Positions 30,810-41,330 of a DNA stretch of 64,000 nucleotides are shown here, one piece after another. The notes under the pieces are model-generated. The model had not been told where the DNA came from. It saw nothing but the letters and a program-made list of their open reading frames with translations, and did no database searches. The translations under genes were made by a program, and so were the position numbers. The stretch is from Tepidisphaera sp. GTDB taxonomy: Bacteria > Planctomycetota > Phycisphaerae > Phycisphaerales > UBA1924. Where the stretch lies: NCBI GenBank assembly GCA_050916045.1, contig CP051526.1, positions 1,856,001-1,920,000 on the forward strand. The letters are read 5' to 3'. The stretch's first letter is position 1, and every line of letters starts with the position of its first letter.

Positions 30810-31909
30810 GGCTGTCCTCCCGTCGTCGGCTCGCCAGCGGCCGCCGCTTCCTGCGTCGAAGCCGCCTGCGGCAGGGGCCAGTTGTTCTCGCGGAAGAGGT
30901 CCTCCGCCCGCCGTGCCGCGACCGTTTCGGGGTGCGCTCGCAGCAGCCGACGGAACGTCAGCTTGGCGGAAACCGGATTGTCGCGTTTGAGGTACCACAA
31001 GCCGACTTCCAGCATCTGCGCCGCCGTCGACTCGTCAAGCCGCGTCGCCAGCGCATCGCTCACGCCGGTCTGCTCGGCTTCCGCCGGGAAGCGCCACGCG
31101 AACTGCTTCACGCGTTCCTTGGCTTCACGGAGCGGCTGCGCGTCGTACCGCGGCCCTTTGAACTGCGCGATCTTGGAGAAGATCCGCCGCAGCTCCGCAC
31201 GCTGCCGGTACTCGCTCCGCGGAAAGTTCCGCAGGAAGATGTCGTATGCCTCCCCGGCCATCTTGAGGTCGCGGATTCGGTAGTAGTAATCCGCAAGCTC
31301 GATCCCCGCTCGCTCGGCAAGCTGGCTCCCCGGCATCCGCTCCTGCACGCGGATCAAAAGCTCCTCGCCGATGTCGATCGCCGATTCGTACCTCAGCCCG
31401 AACCACCCCTTCGCCCGAAGCCCGTTCAGGTATCGCACCGCGATCTCAAGCTCGCGCTCAAGCGCCAGCACAAACTGTTCGGACGCCGGGAAGAACCTCA
31501 CGATCCGCTCGTAGTCGTAGAGAGCCTGGAATTCATCCCCGGTCGCCACCCGCGCGTCCCCGCGGCGAAGCAGCGCCTCCGCCATCTCCGGCGGCGGGTC
31601 CACAAGCCGCTGCTTGATCCACGGGTCCAGAAGCCGCAGCGCCTGCTGAGGCTGATTCTGTGCCAGAAGCGACTTGGCTTGCGCGATCGTCGCGTCCTCG
31701 GCCGCTCCATCCTGCACCGGCACCCACTGGCCGTTCGCGTCCAGCGTGTAGCGGCCACCGCCGGACGCACGCTGCGGGTCCGCCGGCTCTGCGATCGGGG
31801 CGGGCACCGGGGCCGGCGTCGGCATCGGCGCGGAATCTTGCGCCACCGCCGATGCGGCCAGTCCTGCCAATCCGGTGATCAACGACAAGCGAGCCAGCGG
31901 TCGTCCCAT
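30806..31909 (-). CDS. bamD: Outer-membrane assembly factor BamD-like TPR protein
   Basis: TPR-like helices, FP.SE repeats, EVGLWYLK; position upstream of lptE. Confidence 0.8.
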   Translation of the reverse strand: MGRPLARLSLITGLAGLAASAVAQDSAPMPTPAPVPAPIAEPADPQRASGGGRYTLDANGQWVPVQDGAAEDATIAQAKSLLAQNQPQQALRLLDPWIKQRLVDPPPEMAEALLRRGDARVATGDEFQALYDYERIVRFFPASEQFVLALERELEIAVRYLNGLRAKGWFGLRYESAIDIGEELLIRVQERMPGSQLAERAGIELADYYYRIRDLKMAGEAYDIFLRNFPRSEYRQRAELRRIFSKIAQFKGPRYDAQPLREAKERVKQFAWRFPAEAEQTGVSDALATRLDESTAAQMLEVGLWYLKRDNPVSAKLTFRRLLRAHPETVAARRAEDLFRENNWPLPQAASTQEAAAAGEPTTGGQP

Positions 31910-31930
31910 GGTCACAGCGTAGGACCCGTC

Positions 31931-32713
31931 TCAGGAAAGCATGGCCACGATCGCAAGCCAGGTGCCCACCGTCGCCCCCATGGTCACGATCGACACGATC
32001 ACCGCGTCCTGGAGATCAAGCTCGCAAAGCTCCCAGAGCATGCTCGCGTACACGATGAACGGCACCACGATTCCGACGAATCCCAGGCACGCGAAAACGT
32101 AGATCGCGAACCCCACCAAGATCAGGCTCAAGTAGGCCGCGGACACCGCCGCCGCCACCCGAAGGCTCAGAATCCCAAGGCCTCCATCCAGCCCCACCCA
32201 GATCACTCCGCAGATGACGTACACGATGAAGCTCACGACGACCGAGGTGCCGAACCGCGCCATCGACCACGCCAGGCCCTCCAGCCCGCCGTTCATGAGC
32301 GCCAGGCCGCCGATCAGCGCCACCCCCGCCGCGATGTAGATCAAACACCGCTTGATATCGTGCCGGGTGATGTCCCGAGCCATCATCTCATCGCGAGCCC
32401 GCCGGCTCGTCCGCGGCTGCTGTTTGCCGCACTCGGGACACTTGCCCCCCGGGCTGCCCCGCAGGTCGTACTGGCAGAACGCGCACGGCAGCGGAGGCGC
32501 ATCCGGAGGCGGCGGCGGGGGCGGTCCACCCCCGTGACCGCAGTGGATGCACTTCTTGCTGTCGCCGGGGATCAGCCGCCCGCAGTCCGCGCACGGCTTG
32601 AGCGTTGCCCCCGGCGGCGGAGTTTCCTCCGGCGCAAGCTGAAAGTCCCCGCCGGGCTTGGTGCCCTTGGCAGGTTCCATGCGAGCCGGCGGCCTGCGGA
32701 ACTCCTGATCCAT
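31931..32713 (-). CDS. Double zinc-ribbon plus multi-pass membrane hypothetical protein
   Basis: CADC/CIHC and CAFCQYDLRG...CPECG; 5 hydrophobic segments. Confidence 0.75.
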   Translation of the reverse strand: MDQEFRRPPARMEPAKGTKPGGDFQLAPEETPPPGATLKPCADCGRLIPGDSKKCIHCGHGGGPPPPPPPDAPPLPCAFCQYDLRGSPGGKCPECGKQQPRTSRRARDEMMARDITRHDIKRCLIYIAAGVALIGGLALMNGGLEGLAWSMARFGTSVVVSFIVYVICGVIWVGLDGGLGILSLRVAAAVSAAYLSLILVGFAIYVFACLGFVGIVVPFIVYASMLWELCELDLQDAVIVSIVTMGATVGTWLAIVAMLS

Positions 32714-32760
32714 CTTCGCAGTCTACCGGGTCCGCCTCGGTTCGGTGGCGGTCGGGCACC

Positions 32761-34086
32761 TTACGAACGCGGCAACGAATCAAGCACCCTCGTCAGCCGC
32801 GCGAAAAACTCCGCGACCACACCCTCATCCGCGACGTGCGCCAGCGAAAGGTAAAGCTTGGTCCCCATCGGGTTCACGAACACTCCGGCCGCGAAAAGCC
32901 CGACCATCATCGCTCGCGACTTGGCACGGTTGCCCGCGATCGTCGAGCGATAGTCAAACACCGGCTCGTTGGAGAAGACGATCTGCCCGAGCGGCCCATC
33001 GCCGATCACCCGACCCTCATGGCCCGTGTCGCGAACGACCCGCGCCAGCCCCTCGCGAAACCGTGCTCCAAGATCGTGAAGCGACGGATACGTCCCCGGC
33101 GACCGGTACACCGCCAGCGCCGCGTTCGCCGCCGCCGCTGAGACCGGATTGCCCCCAAGCGTCGACGCCGTCCAAACATAATCCGCGTGCGAAGCCCGAT
33201 CCTCCCGGGCCAGATCGATGATCTCCGACCTGGCGACAAACGCCCCGATCGGAAGCCCGCCGCCGAGGGCTTTCCCGTACGCCACCAAATCCGCCGGCAC
33301 CCCGTAATACTGCTGAGCCCCGCCGTACGCCAGACGGAACCCCGTCACCACCTCGTCAAACGCAAGCAGCACGCCGTGGCGGTCGCACACCTCGCGAAGC
33401 CCAGCCAGAAACCCCGGCCGCGGTGCCAGACACCGGTGCAAAGGCTCGACGATCACGCACGCCAGACGGTCCGCGTGCTCCCGGATAATCGAAGCCGTCG
33501 TCTCCAAGTCGTTGTACGGGGCGATCAGCGTGTGCTCGGCGTGGATCCCCGCGCTCGAAGGCTCCGGCGAGGGGAAAGGCGTCCGCCCCGACGGGAAGAG
33601 GCTTGTCACCCCCTCGTCGTTGGATCCGTGGTACGCCCCCTCGAACTTCAGTACGTCTCGCTTGCCCGTCGCCGCCCGCGCGAGCCGCAAGCAGTGCATC
33701 GTGGCCTCCGTCCCCGACGCGCAGAATCGAAGCCGCCGGCCCGCATCCGGCTGGATCCGAAGCAGCTCCTCCCCAAGCCGCAGGGACTCGGTGTTCGGAA
33801 ACGAGAAGTTCGTCCCAAGCCCCAGCCGAGACCCCGCCGCAGCCACCACCGCCGGATTTGCGTGCCCGGGAAGCACCGACCCCCAGCCCATCGAAAAGTC
33901 CAGCATCTCCCGACCCGTCGAATCCCACAGCAAAGCCCCTCGGCCCCGCTCGATCACCCGCAGAAGCTCCGGCGGCAGGTCAAACTCGCCGTTGGACCCA
34001 CCCGGAAAGGCCGCGGCCGAGCGGGCCGCGTCGGACTGAGATGCAGAGGTGCTCGAGAGATCGCGTGCGGAAGTCAGGGTGGTCAT
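32761..34086 (-). CDS. Class III aminotransferase (glutamate-1-semialdehyde aminomutase-like)
   Basis: SGTEAT, KFEGAYHG, FDEVVTGFR, YGKALGGG, TLGGNP. Confidence 0.88.
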   Translation of the reverse strand: MTTLTSARDLSSTSASQSDAARSAAAFPGGSNGEFDLPPELLRVIERGRGALLWDSTGREMLDFSMGWGSVLPGHANPAVVAAAGSRLGLGTNFSFPNTESLRLGEELLRIQPDAGRRLRFCASGTEATMHCLRLARAATGKRDVLKFEGAYHGSNDEGVTSLFPSGRTPFPSPEPSSAGIHAEHTLIAPYNDLETTASIIREHADRLACVIVEPLHRCLAPRPGFLAGLREVCDRHGVLLAFDEVVTGFRLAYGGAQQYYGVPADLVAYGKALGGGLPIGAFVARSEIIDLAREDRASHADYVWTASTLGGNPVSAAAANAALAVYRSPGTYPSLHDLGARFREGLARVVRDTGHEGRVIGDGPLGQIVFSNEPVFDYRSTIAGNRAKSRAMMVGLFAAGVFVNPMGTKLYLSLAHVADEGVVAEFFARLTRVLDSLPRS

Positions 34087-34339
34087 GCCCGCATGCTAAA
34101 GACCGACGCCCTGCCGAGTGTAAGGATGGTGCGAAGATTCGCCGGGCGAAAGACAGCCCTCGGCCCTTGCGGGACGGGCACGCGCAACGCAGACCTCTGG
34201 CGCCCAAAGGCGTTCCGGATCGCAGCCTACCAGACCCGGAGTTCGGCCGCAAGCCGCCACCGATCGCTGTTGCTGCGAAAACGCGTCGCGAATCCCGGTT
34301 TCGCTGGCTTTTCTCCGAATTCGTGGCATGTTCAGGTCC

Positions 34340-35170
34340 ATGAAGCACACCCGCGTCGCCGGCTCATTCTTCGCGCTCGTCCTGTTCGCCCTCCCTGCGG
34401 CGGCCGAGTTCACGCGGAACATCATGATCACGGGCTATTGGCCCAACACCAACAACATGATGCGCCGGTTCAGCAACAACCCCTCTCAGAACCCCTCGGG
34501 CTGGATCGGCCAGAACTGGGAGGGCTCGGGGTACAACATCTACGCGTTCTTCCCGGAGTTCCCCGGCCAGAACGGGCCCGAGTGGGGGCGCGGCGTGGGT
34601 GACTTCGAGGTCGACTACCGCGACACCATGGCCGACTGGGCCCGCATCACCGGCGAGGTCGACCCTGTCGCCATCATGACCTTTAGCCGCGGCAACAACG
34701 ACCGTTCGTGGGAGGTCGAGTCCCGCAACCGCAATCGCTCTGCATGGAGCCCGGACTACAGCGGATACCAGCCCGGCCGCGTCGACCAGTCCATCGCCGC
34801 CAACGCCTACCGCAACAGCACGCTCCCGATGCAGGACATCGTGGACTCCGTCCGGGCCGCGAACCTCGGCCTCAACGCGTACATCGACCGCTCTGCGGCC
34901 GCCGGCGGCACCTTCCTCTCTGAGTTCATCGGCTACCACGGCTTGTGGTACCAGTCGATGCACTCCGAGCCTACCGACGCCAACTGGTGCGTCGCCGCGG
35001 GCCATGTCCACGTGGGCATCCAGGTTGACGTCGACACCGCCACCCGCGCGATGGAGATCTCCCTCCGCGAACTGATCGCTCAGGTCGACGCGACGATCCC
35101 CACGCCCGGCACGGCCGTCATCGGCGTGATGGGCCTCAGCGTGCTGAGCGTCCGTCGCCGGCGTGCCTGA
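34340..35170 (+). CDS. Secreted pyroglutamyl-peptidase-I-like protein with PEP-CTERM-like (PTPG...RRR) tail
   Basis: IMITGYWP, WEVE, STLPMQDIV, AGGTFLSEFIGY, GHVHV; C-terminal IPTPG-hydrophobic-RRRRA. Confidence 0.72.
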   Translation: MKHTRVAGSFFALVLFALPAAAEFTRNIMITGYWPNTNNMMRRFSNNPSQNPSGWIGQNWEGSGYNIYAFFPEFPGQNGPEWGRGVGDFEVDYRDTMADWARITGEVDPVAIMTFSRGNNDRSWEVESRNRNRSAWSPDYSGYQPGRVDQSIAANAYRNSTLPMQDIVDSVRAANLGLNAYIDRSAAAGGTFLSEFIGYHGLWYQSMHSEPTDANWCVAAGHVHVGIQVDVDTATRAMEISLRELIAQVDATIPTPGTAVIGVMGLSVLSVRRRRA

Positions 35171-35639
35171 TCACCCGCGGGTCTGGCCCCGATCGATCCC
35201 CGTCATCCTCATCCTCATCCTCGCGAGCTCTCTCGTCGGTCTCCGGCGGAGGCATCGCCGCACCCGTGAGGATCAGCGACAAACTCCCCGAGTGCCACCA
35301 GAAAATCAAGCCGAAGTACAGCGCGATGACCGAGATCATCAGCCACTCATCGCCAGGGAACCAGCCCGATTTGGGCCGAAAGATGTACGCCAACCCCACC
35401 AGCACCGCAACCGGGCGAAGCACGCCGCCGTGCTTGATCATGACCCCGAAAAGCGTCCAGCGGATCAGCCACGAGACCGCCACCATCGGCCAGAACGCCA
35501 GGATCGGCTCGAGGTACCGCCCCGCCACGATCGCCTGCACGCCCGCCACGGTCACAAGCACCGCGACCGTCGCGAACGTCGCCGAGGTGAAAACCCCGAC
35601 GTTGCGGTGAAAGAGGGTGAGCCGGCGCCACACCATCAT
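35136..35639 (-). CDS. Membrane hypothetical protein
   Basis: 4 hydrophobic segments; ATG overlaps glnS stop (ATGA). Confidence 0.6.
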   Translation of the reverse strand: MMVWRRLTLFHRNVGVFTSATFATVAVLVTVAGVQAIVAGRYLEPILAFWPMVAVSWLIRWTLFGVMIKHGGVLRPVAVLVGLAYIFRPKSGWFPGDEWLMISVIALYFGLIFWWHSGSLSLILTGAAMPPPETDERAREDEDEDDGDRSGPDPRVIRHAGDGRSAR

Positions 35640-37435
35640 GCTTTCGCCGCGTCCTTGGCCGCTTCCTTCACCCATCCATCCTTCAGCGTCACCGTCCGGT
35701 TGAACACGGGCTTGCCCGGTCCCGAATCCTGATCCATCACGAAATACCCGAGCCGCTCGAACTGGATCCGCGTGCCCGCCGCAAGCAAAGCCGCGGCCGG
35801 CTCGATCTTCGCATGCACCACTTCCAGCGAGTTGGGATTCAGATCATCCACCCAGTTGCCGGTCGCTTTGCCCGGCTCTTCGACCTTGAACAACCGGTCA
35901 AACAAGCGGACTTCGGCATCCTTCGCGTGCGTCGCCGAGACCCAGTGCATCGTCGCTTTCACCTTGCGGCCGTCGGGGCTGTCGCCGCCGCGTGTCGCCG
36001 GGTCGATCGTCGCCCTGAGGCCCGTGATGTTCCCGCTCGCGTCCTTCTCGACGCCAGTGCACGTCAGGAAGTACGCCCAGCGGAGGCGCACCTCGCGGCC
36101 CGGGCCCAAGCGGAAGAACTTCTTCGGCGGGTCCTCCATGAAGTCGTCCCGCTCGATGTAGATCTCCTTCGTGAACGGCACCTTGCGGACGCCCGCGCTC
36201 GCATCCTCAGGATTGTTCACCGCGTCAAGCTCATCGACCTTGCCCGCGTCCCAGTTCTCGATCGTGACCTTCAGCGGGCGGAGCACCCCCATGTACCGCG
36301 GCGCGATCTTGTTCAGATGGTCCCGGCACGCGTTCTCCAAGCGGCCTAGGTCGATCACGCTCTCCGTCTTCGTGACGCCGACCTCTTCGCAGAAGTTCCG
36401 CACCGCTTCGGGCGTGTACCCGCGCCGGCGGAACCCGCGAATCGTCGGCATGCGCGGATCGTCCCAGCCGGTCACGATCTTGTCCTGCACCATCTTGAGC
36501 AGGTTGCGCTTGCTCAGGATCGTGTACGTGAGCTGAAGCTTGGCGAACTCGATCTGCTGGCTGTGGTGGATCGGCTTGGCCCGTCCTTCGTTGATCGCGT
36601 GGATGAACCAGTCGTAAAGCGGGCGGTGGTTCTCGAACTCAAGCGTGCAGATCGAGTGGGTGATCCCCTCCTCGGAATCCTCGATGCCGTGAGCCCAGTC
36701 GTACATCGGATAGATGCACCACGTCTTGCCGGTGTTGTGGTGCTCCTCGTGCAGGATGCGGTACATCACCGGGTCGCGAAGGTTGAAGTTCGGGGACGCG
36801 AGGTCGATCTTCGCGCGAAGCGTCATCGCGCCGTTGGGGTGCTTGCCCTCGCGCATCTCGCGGAATCGGGTCAAGCTCTCCTCGACCGGCCGGTCGCGGA
36901 ACGGCGACGTCGCGGGGATCTGCGGCGTGCCGCGGCGCTTGCTCACCTCGTCGGCGGAAAGCTCGCAGACGTAGGCTTTGCCCTTCTTGATCAGATCCTC
37001 GGCGAAATCGGCCATCTTGCCGAAGAGGTCGCTCGCCCAGTACAACCCGCCGCCGATCGGCGAGGCAAGCTCAAAGTCGGCGCCAAGCCACTTGACGTCG
37101 TCCTTGATCGCGTCGACGTACTCCTGCTCTTCCTTCGCCGGATTGGTGTCGTCAAACCGCAGGTTGAACTTGCCGCCGTACTTGCGAGCAAGCCCGGAGT
37201 TCAGGCAGATCGACTTCGCGTGCCCGATGTGCAGGTACCCGTTGGGCTCCGGCGGAAACCGCGTGTGCACCTTGGGCCGGCCCACGCGAGAGTCCGAACC
37301 CTCCCCCGTCCCGGCGTCCCCGCGCGTCCATTGCCCCCAGCGCCCGGAAGCGTTGTCCGCATCGATGATCTGCTCGATGAAGTGCAACGAGGGAGCCGCG
37401 GGGTGGGACGGACGGGTTTCGGTAGGGTCAGTCAT
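35636..37435 (-). CDS. glnS: Glutamine--tRNA ligase
   Basis: [37 protein letters not shown]. Confidence 0.97.
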   Translation of the reverse strand: MTDPTETRPSHPAAPSLHFIEQIIDADNASGRWGQWTRGDAGTGEGSDSRVGRPKVHTRFPPEPNGYLHIGHAKSICLNSGLARKYGGKFNLRFDDTNPAKEEQEYVDAIKDDVKWLGADFELASPIGGGLYWASDLFGKMADFAEDLIKKGKAYVCELSADEVSKRRGTPQIPATSPFRDRPVEESLTRFREMREGKHPNGAMTLRAKIDLASPNFNLRDPVMYRILHEEHHNTGKTWCIYPMYDWAHGIEDSEEGITHSICTLEFENHRPLYDWFIHAINEGRAKPIHHSQQIEFAKLQLTYTILSKRNLLKMVQDKIVTGWDDPRMPTIRGFRRRGYTPEAVRNFCEEVGVTKTESVIDLGRLENACRDHLNKIAPRYMGVLRPLKVTIENWDAGKVDELDAVNNPEDASAGVRKVPFTKEIYIERDDFMEDPPKKFFRLGPGREVRLRWAYFLTCTGVEKDASGNITGLRATIDPATRGGDSPDGRKVKATMHWVSATHAKDAEVRLFDRLFKVEEPGKATGNWVDDLNPNSLEVVHAKIEPAAALLAAGTRIQFERLGYFVMDQDSGPGKPVFNRTVTLKDGWVKEAAKDAAKA

Positions 37436-37521
37436 GGCTCACGGATGGTAGATCGGGCCCGGCACGATTCTGCGAACCCGACGCAGGTTAGTGAGTCTAA
37501 ACTTGCGCGGGAGGTTTCAGC

Positions 37522-38859
37522 GTGCTCGTTCCCAAGCGTGCCAAGTTTGTCGGGTGCCTGACAGGGGTCTGGGCCGTTCTTGTCGCCGTGCTCCCCGGCT
37601 GTGCGTTCGAGGAACACCGCGAGCAGCTCGCGTCCCTCCACGCCACCGGCCAGTACGTCCAAGCCGGCGTTCTGCTCGACGACCCCAAGGTCCGCTCCCT
37701 TTATGACGAAGAGGACCAAGTCCTCTGGCACATGGACCGCGGAGCCGCCGCTCTCGCCGCCAACGACACCGCGCGGGCCCTCACCGAGCTCGAGGAAGCC
37801 AAGCGCCAGACCGAGTTCAACGACCAGAAAGCCGCCGGCGAGGTCGTCGCTGAATGGCTCCTCAACGACAACTTCCGCCGCTATGTCGCCGAGCCGTACG
37901 AGGACACGTACCTCAGCGTGCTCACGATGGTCGCCCTGCTCGAAGAGGGCCGCATCGAGCCCGGCGCCGCCAACGAAGCACGCCGCTTGGGCCTCCGCTC
38001 CAACTTCCTCCGCGACCGGTACAACCAGCAGGTGCAAGCCCTCCGCGACAAGGAGGGCAACCGCCTCGCTTCCACCGGATGGCAAGGCGGAGGCGGCGAG
38101 TTCGTCGAGTCCCCGCTCGGCTCGTACCTGGCTTCCCTTTCGTTCATGGCTTCCGGCCAGCGTGACAACCAGCGGATCGCCGCCGACCGCATGCTCGACG
38201 CGATCCGTCAGCAGCGGGTGGGAGAGGTCCGCGAGTCCGACTTTGCCGCTCTCGCCGAACGCACCCCCGCCGACACCAACGTCGTGATCGTCGCGTTTGC
38301 CGGCCGCGGCCCCACCAAGCGGGCCCAGCGACTCCCCCCGATCGTCATCGACAAGGTGAGCTTCTACGCCGAGATTCCGGTTTTGGTCCCGCACCGCACC
38401 CGCGTCGGCGGCGCCCAAGCCGAGTTCGACACCGGTGAGAAGATCCCCCTCGCGCTCGCCGAAGACATGGCTCTCGTCGCCACCGACACCTACGAGAAGA
38501 CCATGCCGCTCATCCAGGGCCGGGCCATCGCCCGCGCCGCCGCCCGCGCGGTCGGAGCCTACTTCATCACCGAAGCCGTCGACAAAAGCAACAACCGCAA
38601 CAACGACGTCGCCCGCTGGGGCACCCAGCTCGGCCTGCTCGCCGCTCAGATCCTCGTCGAACGCGCCGATGTGCGAGCCTGGGCCTTCATGCCCGGCCGG
38701 GCGTACGTCGCCGCGACAAAGGTCCCCGCGGGCGTCCGCCAGTACCGGATCATCTACGCCAACAACGCCGGCGCCGTCGCGTACACGACGCCGTGGCAGC
38801 CCGTCAACGTCAGCGAAGGCGGAGGCCTCGTCGCCGCCGTCGGGTACTACTGGGATTGA
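37522..38859 (+). CDS. COG3014-like lipoprotein
   Basis: LPGC lipobox; LLND..RRY..EPYE; ERADVRAW..MP; upstream of lpoB-like gene. Confidence 0.7.
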   Translation: MLVPKRAKFVGCLTGVWAVLVAVLPGCAFEEHREQLASLHATGQYVQAGVLLDDPKVRSLYDEEDQVLWHMDRGAAALAANDTARALTELEEAKRQTEFNDQKAAGEVVAEWLLNDNFRRYVAEPYEDTYLSVLTMVALLEEGRIEPGAANEARRLGLRSNFLRDRYNQQVQALRDKEGNRLASTGWQGGGGEFVESPLGSYLASLSFMASGQRDNQRIAADRMLDAIRQQRVGEVRESDFAALAERTPADTNVVIVAFAGRGPTKRAQRLPPIVIDKVSFYAEIPVLVPHRTRVGGAQAEFDTGEKIPLALAEDMALVATDTYEKTMPLIQGRAIARAAARAVGAYFITEAVDKSNNRNNDVARWGTQLGLLAAQILVERADVRAWAFMPGRAYVAATKVPAGVRQYRIIYANNAGAVAYTTPWQPVNVSEGGGLVAAVGYYWD

Positions 38860-38941
38860 CCGTCCGCTCACCGTCCAAACACCACCGCCGCCCACGCGAG
38901 CTTCGAACCACGCTTCGCGCGCGGCCACAAGGAGAAGTCGA

Positions 38942-39574
38942 ATGAACCGGAAGATGACCCGCACGATCGCAACCTCGCTCATCGCGATCACCGCCGCAAG
39001 CCTCGCCGCTTGCAGCAGCCAGAACGAGAGGATCACCCGCGTCGACCCCATGAAGGGCGGGATCGACGTCAACAGCCGCTACAACGCCACCGACGCCCAC
39101 CAGATGGCCGAGGTCCTCATCAACGACGTTCTGACCAAGCCCTGGATCGAGAACGCTCGCGCCGCCAACGCCGGCGCCGGCGTCAACCCGCCTACGCCCA
39201 AGATGGTCCTGGGCACCATCAAGAACAAAACCACCGACTACACCATCGACATGGCCATGGTCACCAACCAGGTGCAGGAAGAGCTCATCAACTCCGGCCG
39301 TGTCCGCGTCTTCGCCGCCAAGGACATCCGCAATGAGCTCCGCGCCGAACGCTTCGACACCGAGTTCGCCGACCCCTCGACCGTCAGCAAAGCCGCCAGC
39401 GAGATCAAAGCCCAGTTCATGCTCCTGGGCGAACTCCTCGAAAACGTCCAGGTCTCTGGCGATGGCCGCACCAAGGACGTCTACTACGAGCTCCGCCTCG
39501 AGATGACCGACATGGCCACCACCGAAAAGCTGTGGATCAAGACCGCTCGAAGCCGCAAGATCTCCGAGCGTTAA
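38942..39574 (+). CDS. Penicillin-binding protein activator LpoB-like lipoprotein
   Basis: LAAC lipobox; TDAHQMA, IKNKT, LINSGRVR, KDVYY, EKLW; AAGGAG RBS. Confidence 0.78.
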   Translation: MNRKMTRTIATSLIAITAASLAACSSQNERITRVDPMKGGIDVNSRYNATDAHQMAEVLINDVLTKPWIENARAANAGAGVNPPTPKMVLGTIKNKTTDYTIDMAMVTNQVQEELINSGRVRVFAAKDIRNELRAERFDTEFADPSTVSKAASEIKAQFMLLGELLENVQVSGDGRTKDVYYELRLEMTDMATTEKLWIKTARSRKISER

Positions 39575-39600
39575 CCAGACGCTTCCAACGCACCGTCCGA

Positions 39601-39632
39601 GAAAACGCCGGCCCCCAAAGGTCGGCGTTTTC
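39601..39632 (+). terminator. Rho-independent terminator after lpoB-like gene
   Basis: GAAAACGCCGGCC/GGTCGGCGTTTTC. Confidence 0.7.
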
Positions 39633-39755
39633 GTTGGCCGCATGCGCCGGTCGCGCCGTCTGCGCCGCCGCCTTCCGCCCAAATCCGCCCGATCACGCGA
39701 CGCGAAGGTGTTGGAGAGTCTCTCTGGGCGTATCTTGACGGAAGGGACCGACACC

Positions 39756-40913
39756 ATGACGCATCTTGCTTCCATCCCGCGTCTTTCCGCACTCTGTGTC
39801 GCCGCCCTCGCCGCGGCCAGCGGTCACGCTCAGTGCGCCCCGTCCCCGACGGACCTTCGGATGGGCACCGCGACCTGGTCCCAGCCGTGCAACGGCCTGT
39901 ACCGCCCCTCGCACCTCACCGACGGCAACGCTTCGACCGCCTGGGCGCTCGGACGCTGCAACGGAGCCGCCGACGAGACGCTGACCGAATCGCTCGTCTT
40001 CGAGACGGCGACCGACATCGTCGGTCTTGGCGCGACGCTCCAGCTTGCGATCTTCTCCGGCCGATACGAACCTTGCTGCGGCGGCGGGATGATGACGGTG
40101 GGGCGGTTCCGCGTCTACGTGACCGGCGCCGAACGGTCGGAGCTCGCCGACGGTCGCGCCTCAAACGGTCAGATGGGCTCGGGGTGGACGCTCCTCACCC
40201 CCGATCAGATCATCGTCGAGCCCACGGACGCTTTCGGCATCTCGCTGGCGTCGATGCAAGCGGCTCCGGCCGTGACCCTCCTCCCTGACGGCACGATCCA
40301 GCTCTCCGGAGCGAACCCCGAGTACGCCCGCTGCACGGTCACCGCTCGCTCGCCCCTCGCGACGATCACCGGCATCCGCATCGAGCTCGTGAACAACGCA
40401 AGCCCCGGCCCCGGCGGCTACAAGGGCCCCGGCCGCCACGCCAACGGCAACTGCGAGATCCGCGAGGTCTCGCTGAGCACCACAAGCGGCCCGCGCATCG
40501 ACACGCCCCCGCAGGACCAGTACGTCTGCCCCGGCGGGTCGACCTCGTTCTACGTCGGCGCGAGCGGCCCGGGGCCGATCCGCTTCCAGTGGCGTCGCAA
40601 GGGCCGCGAGCTTCGCGGCGCAACCGGCAACATCTACGTCGTCCCCGCCGCGACCGCGGCGACCGCCGGCGAGTACGACTGCATCGTGACCGGGCCCTGC
40701 GGAACCACGATCAGCCCGCCCGCGAACCTCATCCTCTGCCCCGCCGACGTCAACTGCGACCAGTTCCTGGACTTCTTCGACTACGACGCGTTCGTGGCCT
40801 GCTTTGACGCGGGCGAGTGCGAGGGCACCTCCACCGCAGACTTCAACGGCGACGGCTTCATCGATTTCTTCGATTACGACGAGTTCGTCGAGTCCTTCGA
40901 GACGGGCTGCTGA
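39756..40913 (+). CDS. Secreted protein: discoidin-like domain, Ig domain, GC-type dockerin
   Basis: Signal peptide; LTDGNASTAW; FQWRR...GEYDCIV Ig pattern; CPADVNCDQFLDFFDY...FETGC. Confidence 0.82.
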   Translation: MTHLASIPRLSALCVAALAAASGHAQCAPSPTDLRMGTATWSQPCNGLYRPSHLTDGNASTAWALGRCNGAADETLTESLVFETATDIVGLGATLQLAIFSGRYEPCCGGGMMTVGRFRVYVTGAERSELADGRASNGQMGSGWTLLTPDQIIVEPTDAFGISLASMQAAPAVTLLPDGTIQLSGANPEYARCTVTARSPLATITGIRIELVNNASPGPGGYKGPGRHANGNCEIREVSLSTTSGPRIDTPPQDQYVCPGGSTSFYVGASGPGPIRFQWRRKGRELRGATGNIYVVPAATAATAGEYDCIVTGPCGTTISPPANLILCPADVNCDQFLDFFDYDAFVACFDAGECEGTSTADFNGDGFIDFFDYDEFVESFETGC

Positions 40914-41013
40914 GCACCCGGTCCCCGCAAGAGACGACCGCGCGAGCGTTCGATGAATCTCGGTCGACCGTCGCACCGCGTGGAACCCCCGCGGACCCTG
41001 ATACAATCGCACG

Positions 41014-41211
41014 ATGAAACGCACGACCCTTGCCGTCCCGCCGCTTGCCGTCCTGACGGTGCTCGCGCTGACCGCCCTCGCCGGCTGTGAAAGCGATCAC
41101 GCCGCCGTGAGTTCCGAGCGGGAACGCGAGCACGAGCGTCGGGTCTCCGAAGCGTGGAACCAGAGCGACAGGCCCATCCGCATCCCCGACTCCGGCGTGG
41201 AGCGTCGGTAA
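41014..41211 (+). CDS. Small lipoprotein (65 aa)
   Basis: MKR + hydrophobic stretch + LAGC lipobox. Confidence 0.7.
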   Translation: MKRTTLAVPPLAVLTVLALTALAGCESDHAAVSSEREREHERRVSEAWNQSDRPIRIPDSGVERR

Positions 41212-41273
41212 ACCCGCCCCGATGGCCGACGTCGTGTGCCATCGAAGGTGATCGCTCGCGGTGCCCATGAGAA

Positions 41274-41299
41274 AGCACGCCCGGTCGGCCGGGCGTGCT
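41274..41299. terminator. Hairpin between convergent genes
   Basis: AGCACGCCCGG-TCGG-CCGGGCGTGCT. Confidence 0.7.
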
Positions 41300-41330
41300 C
41301 GAGGACATTTGATTCACATCACAGGTCCGC

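Noticed and set aside
34087..34339. Possible ncRNA in the divergent intergenic region
   Set aside because: Only generic GC-rich stems; no recognisable family motif
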